From the NCBI RefSeq assembly GCF_036365525.1, contig NC_090384.1, positions 50,599,192 through 50,663,191 of the forward strand: 64,000 nt of DNA. Direction: 5' to 3'. The stretch's first letter is position 1; each line of letters starts with the position of its first letter. Made by a program: the position numbers and the translations under genes. Source of the stretch: Heterodontus francisci. Lineage: Eukaryota. A model generated the notes under the pieces. The model made no database searches. It was not told the origin of the DNA and was given only the letters and a program-made list of their open reading frames with translations. Of this stretch, positions 58,859 through 64,000 are shown piece after piece.

Positions 58859-60654
58859 GCGGTACCCATAGCGACACCTTTTACTTGAAGGAAGTGCGTG
58901 GAGTTGAAGGAGAAGTTGTTCAATGTGAGAACAAGTTCAGCCAGGCGGAGGAGGGTGGTGGTGGATGGGGACTGGTTGGGCCTCTGTTGCAGGAAGAAGC
59001 GGAGAGCCCTCAAACCATGCTGGTGGGGGATGGAGGTGTAGAGCGATTGGACTTCCATAGTGAAGAGGAGGCGGTTGGGACCAGGAAACTGGAAATTGTC
59101 AAAATGACGTAGGGCGTCAGAAGAGTCACGGATGGATGTAGGTCAGAAGAAACTGGACCAGCGGAGAAAAGATAGAGTCTAGATAGGAAGAAATAAGTTC
59201 AGTGGGGCAGGAGCAGGCTGACACAATCGGTCTGCCGGGACAGTCCCGTATTATAGTAGTGAAATAAAGGATCAGTACTCCTGCATGTTTGGATACAATC
59301 TCCTGTTTCAGCAGCACACCTAATATCCTTTTGGGTTTTATGTTAGGTCTTTCATTTAGGTTTAGCATCACTGATCGCTTTTGTAAGTGGATCTTGTGCC
59401 CACTATGAACCTGATCGTGCCTTTATCTTCCCATATATAGATAAATGTAACGAGGCCAAGGAATTAAACAGAGAACACTTGTCACTATACATTGGCTTAC
59501 TGGAATGTGCTCCCATATGGTTTTCTTCATTCCACAGATTGAATCTATACTCTGACAAACCAGGCCTCAGACTACAAGCAACAGCAAATTGATCAGGTAA
59601 ATGAACAGTATTCAGCATATTTACAGAGCTACACATTTTGCTGTGCTATATTATATATAAGTAGTTATATTATATATAATATATATACAACTCCCTGAGC
59701 TATCTCTAAACATACAGTGGTGGCAGTTTACTTCTAATGAGTCAAAACTTTATCAGTGAGTTATTGATTTAGCATAGTCTTTCTGGTACTGGCAAACTAA
59801 TTGCCAATCTAGGTGCCCATAGTCCCAAACAAGATCACATGAGAAACTTCAAGTCACAAAGTAGCCCATGAAAATACTACGGCCAACCATTTACCCTGCC
59901 TCTTCTCACAGGTTTGATATACAGTTGTTAATCAGAACTATCATCTCAGGCTGGCTTGATTCTTTGATCTGTGCCAGATAATTTGAACTACTTGAACTGA
60001 GAAGATGTCAGAACATACAACATTAGAAAATTACCTAATTATGTAGATTGATTGCTATTTCCAAAGTTCAAACACAGCTAATGATTATATGACAAAGATG
60101 AAACTTCTATGGGCTAGTCGATTGAAAATGAAATGCTTTTGTCACTTAAGCAATTAATTTATTAAACTCTCTTTCATTTGATAGGATTCAAAACACAAAT
60201 GCCCATAATTGATTTTGATCTGAAAAACTGGAATGCATCATACAGAATCAACTGATCGAAATCAATGTGAATCCTTTTATGGACTGTGGCCAAGAGTAAA
60301 GAATCAAATTGATAAACTAAAGACATACAGAAGTGCTTAATTTATGTCACAATGTACGCAACTTGATTCGCATCCTTGTATCTCTGCCTAGGCCAAGGAG
60401 TTAGAGGACAGCTAGTACATTCCTCTGTCTCTAGCTTCAAGTGAACATTGACGCAACATCACTATCAATGCTATTGATGCTCTGCAGCTTCACAGATTAT
60501 TATATTGCAGATGCTACATGAAAAAAAGTAATTCAAAATTGCTTTTATTTCAGATATTTGTCTATGTGTCAAACCCAGCCATTAAGAATGACGTGCAAGC
60601 TGTTTTCTGAAAATCAAGTCTCCATTTTACACCCGAATGTAACAATACTACTAA

Positions 60655-61030
60655 GGGCTGAATTTTTCAGCCCATTGTGGGTCCCAGCAGCAGGGCCAGA
60701 TATGAGAGAGGCGCCACTGTACATCACTTATGCGGCCAGCCAATCACAATCATGCGTTTGGGTCGACCCATTTGAACACAGGAGATGCAGGGCCTGTCCC
60801 ATTTGGAGGAAGGGAGCGGGTCCCACGAGACTCCCGTGGCGTTGACGGTTGAAAGCAATGCAGGTGCTGCTGCCATATGTAAAACGCTGCCAACCCTGTT
60901 GAACTGCTCCTTTACTTGTTGAGTTTGATACTGGTTTGCCTTTGTGCTGCTGTGCTACTGGATGTAGACCCACTGCTGTTGACCCCCCTGCCTGGAGCCC
61001 CTGTGCTGCTGTGCTGCTGAGCAGCCCCCC
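60655..61030 (+). mobile_element. Left end of a Harbinger-like element
   Basis: Starts with TIR GGGCTGAATTTT after TAA; transposase-like remnant (KHFIEAHRNTR) appears at 63825-64000. Confidence 0.45.
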
Positions 61031-61940
61031 CCACTTTCTTCTAAACTCCAGAGAATATAGGCCCCATTTAGTCAGCCTCGCATCATAGGACAACCCCCTC
61101 ATCCCAGGGACCATTTTAGTGAACTTTCGCTGTATCGCCTTCAATGCAAGTATATCCTTTCTTAAATGTGGAGATCAAAACTGCTTACGTTACTCCAGAT
61201 GTGGTCTCACCAAAATCCTGGTCAATTGTAGCAAGACGTCCCTATTCCTGTACTCCAATCCCCTTGCAATAAACGCCAACATGCCATTTGCCTTCCTAAT
61301 TGCTTGCTGCACCTGCTTGTTAACCTTCTGCAGTCCTTGTACAAGCATACCCAAATCTCTTTGAACATGAACACTTACAAGTTTCACACTTTTTAAAAAA
61401 TATTCTGCTTTTCTTTTCTTACGACCAAAGTGAATAACTTCACACTTACCTATATTATTCTCCATCTGCCATCTTGTTGCCCACTCACTTAACCTGTCTA
61501 TATCTCTTTGCAGCCTCTCTGTCTCCTCCCCACAGCTTACCTTTCCACCTACCTTCGTATCATCTGCAAATTTAGATACATTAGTCTCTGTCTCTTCATC
61601 TAAATGATTAATATAGATTGTAAATAGCTGAGGCCCCAGCACTGATCCTTGCGGCACTCCACTATTCACTCCTGCCAACATGAAAATGCCCTGGTTATGC
61701 CCACTCATTGCTTCCTGTCTGTTAAGCAATCATCTATCCATGCTAATATATTACCCCCAACTCCAGGAGCCCTTATTTTGCCTATTAACCTTTTATGCGG
61801 CACGTTATTGAAAGCCTTTTGGAAATTCAGGTATACTACATCTACTGGTTCCCCTTTATCTATCGGACGAGTTACATCCTCAAAAAAACTTTAATAAATT
61901 TATCAAACAGGATTTCCCATGTTGACTTGTTCTAATCATG

Positions 61941-62727
61941 GGGCTGAATCTTCTGTGCCCGATGCCGACATCAGCGGTGGGCAAAAAAAACAGCGGCCCA
62001 CACAGTTTTCCGTGCGGCGGCTCATTTCAATAGCCAGGGCGGGCAGCACCCCATGATCACATGGAGAGGACTGGCTTTCCAAACCGGCAATGGTGTCAGC
62101 TGCCTGTGCGCAAGCGCTGAAGCCATTTTTAAAGGATTTTCAGCCCTACCGGGAAACTTAAATATTTAAAGATAAAATTAATAAAAATAAATAAAGACAT
62201 TTCTTCTGCCCCTCTCCCACCACCCCCCCCCACCCCACAATAACAATTAAATTATTTATTTGCTGTCCCCCACCAAAACACTTTCCTTGTCCACCTGACT
62301 TTCCCCCCCCGCCAAACTGCATAAACATTAAACTCCAACGCTTCCCACCATCCCCTACACCAAATGATGTTACGTTGACCCCTGTTCCCCCCACCCCCTG
62401 CACTAAGAAACTTACCTCCTCCCCCCTCTCCACCAGTGTGGCACCTTATTTCCCCGGATCCGAAGGCGTGGGAGTGCCGGCCATCGACCCAAAGATCACA
62501 GTGGGACATCGGGCAGTGGCATAAGTATCATTTATTCATTCATTTTAATTTATTTAAGTATTCAAATGGGGGTCCCGTCACCAAGCGGCGGGGGGCCGCC
62601 ACAAAGCCTCGCGGTAATATCGGGCCGGGCCCTCCCGGAAATGGGGTGCGTAGCGGCCCTCTCCCAGAGTCATCATCAGGTTCCCCCGCCACGGACCCCA
62701 ATGCCTGGGGAGAACAAAATCCAGCCC
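61941..62727. mobile_element. Harbinger-type MITE
   Basis: GGGCTGAATCTT...AAAATCCAGCCC; TSD ATG/ATA. Confidence 0.8.
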
Positions 62728-62970
62728 ATACTGTGCTTTTCTAAGTGCATTGTTAAGACTTCATTAATAATAGATTCCAGCAATTTCTCAATGACTGATG
62801 TTAGGGTAACTGGCCTCTAGATCCCCGTTTCCTCTCTTTCTTCTTTCTTGAAAAGCGGTGTAACATTTTCCAACTTCCAATATGATGGGACCATTCCTGA
62901 ATCTATGGAATTTTAGAAAATTGTAGGTAGCGCATCCACTATCTTTGCAGCCATCTCTTGTAGAACCCTA

Positions 62971-63708
62971 GGGCTGAATTTTACTGTCCTGCTGCCACTC
63001 CTGGTGGCAGGCGAAGAAAATGCGTACCGTACGTCATCACGCTACCGCAATCTTCAACCCAGCGGCTCATTTGAATATGCCGGGCAGGCCCCCCCCCCAA
63101 ATATGTGGCGGGGGTGGCCTCAGCTACACCGTCAACAGCGTTGCCTGTTTCTGCACAGGCGTTGGCGCCATTTTTAGAGGGCTGCCAGGCCTGCATTGAC
63201 AGATCACAGTTGACCCCGCCTCCCCCAAAATGCAACAAAAATTAAAGTTTGACCCATCCCCCCAACTACACCAAAAAAGCCCAGATTACCCCTTTTCCAT
63301 CCCAACTGCACTAAGTGCACAGTTGTCCCTTTCACCCCCACAACTGACCTAAGTGCAGAGCTGACCACTCCCGCCCCCCAACTTTACTACAATGCAGAGT
63401 TCCCCCCTTCCCTACTCTGGGCGGGTAAATGAAGGCATGGGAGTGCTACACATAGCTCGGATGATCAGGAACTGCCAGTAAGATTGCTCCAGCTTCCCTT
63501 TAAATGCATTTAAATAGGTGATTTTAATATTCAAATCCAGTCCCACCGCAGAGCGGCAAAAGTGCCGCCACAGAGCTTCCCCACCGCAGTGAATTTGGCG
63601 CCCGGCATTCCTGGCAACGGGCTTTGTGACGGGCCGCTGCGGCTGTGATCTTCCGCGCCCCCCTGCTGCCACAGAGCCCAATGTCGGGAGCTCAACAAAA
63701 TTCAGCCC
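62971..63708. mobile_element. Harbinger-type MITE
   Basis: Perfect 12-bp TIR GGGCTGAATTTT/AAAATTCAGCCC; 3-bp TSD CTA (62968-62970, 63709-63711). Confidence 0.88.
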
Positions 63709-64000
63709 CTATGATGTAGGCCATCAGGTCCTGGAGATTTGTCAGATTTTAGTCCCTTAAGTTTCTCCAAAATTTTTCTCTGCTGATATTGATTTCATTA
63801 ATCTCCTCACTCTTTTTAACCCTCCAGGCCTCAGGCTGCCAGAGGACGCTTGCCAAGTCACCCCACGCCATGAGGCAGTGTGTTCAGCAGCCTGCCTCTA
63901 GCCCAGCTGCCAACGCAGGGGAAGCACTTCATCGAAGCTCACAGAAACACGCGAACAGAGCACCTAGATGCACTTGGCGTTTCATGGGTGTATGCAACCT

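Larger units (their letters stand above)
57206..59255 (-). mobile_element. Penelope-like element family 1 (Neptune-like), 5'-truncated, complete 3' end
   Basis: RT motifs PGRPIVS, QSLYTSIP, GVAMGT/MGPSYA, FFRYIDD, then GIY-YIG; 13-bp TSD GTAGTGAAATAAA (57193-57205, 59256-59268). Confidence 0.92.
61031..63822 (-). mobile_element. CR1 RT fragment carrying two MITE insertions
   Basis: ORF 61190-61729 (GVPQGSVLGP, FADDTK); CR1 sequence rejoins across both MITEs. Confidence 0.88.

Noticed and set aside
58021-59058. Long Pro/Ser-rich ORFs (also 37824-38603)
   Set aside because: Mostly alternative frames of the C-rich PLE ORF; only the N-terminal part of 58021-59058 is true RT frame before a frameshift.
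60655-60673. Short palindrome GGGCTGAA-TTT-TTCAGCCC as a terminator or empty MITE
   Set aside because: Best explained as a MITE/Harbinger TIR with a subterminal inverted copy; the context is eukaryotic and no matching TSD follows.

Overview
Repeat-dominated, gene-poor vertebrate DNA, most likely from a cartilaginous fish (inferred from HE1/V-SINE-like and SacSINE1/Deu-like SINEs and abundant CR1/HER1-type LINEs). No host gene can be confidently called. The long ORFs are all transposon-derived. They come from many CR1-type LINE copies (family A: esterase ORF1 plus APE-RT ORF2), a second single-ORF CR1/L2-group LINE (family B, near-intact 851-aa APE-RT), two families of Penelope-like elements (PLEs, GIY-YIG), a truncated Gypsy element and PIF/Harbinger transposase and Myb remnants. 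Also present are three solo LTRs with 4-bp TSDs and a Harbinger-type MITE family. Most notable observations: (1) minimal type-I hammerhead ribozyme motifs at the 3' ends of both PLE families; (2) a perfect 189-bp fold-back insertion made only of the PLE ribozyme-bearing 3' end, with a 14-bp TSD; (3) LINE family B appears to carry a tRNA-derived Pol III head, and a local SINE is a head+5'UTR+3'tail deletion derivative of it; (4) multi-level nested insertions with readable TSDs; (5) a few unassigned exon-like segments. Boundaries without TSD or TIR support are approximate, and family names come from motif recognition, not database searches.
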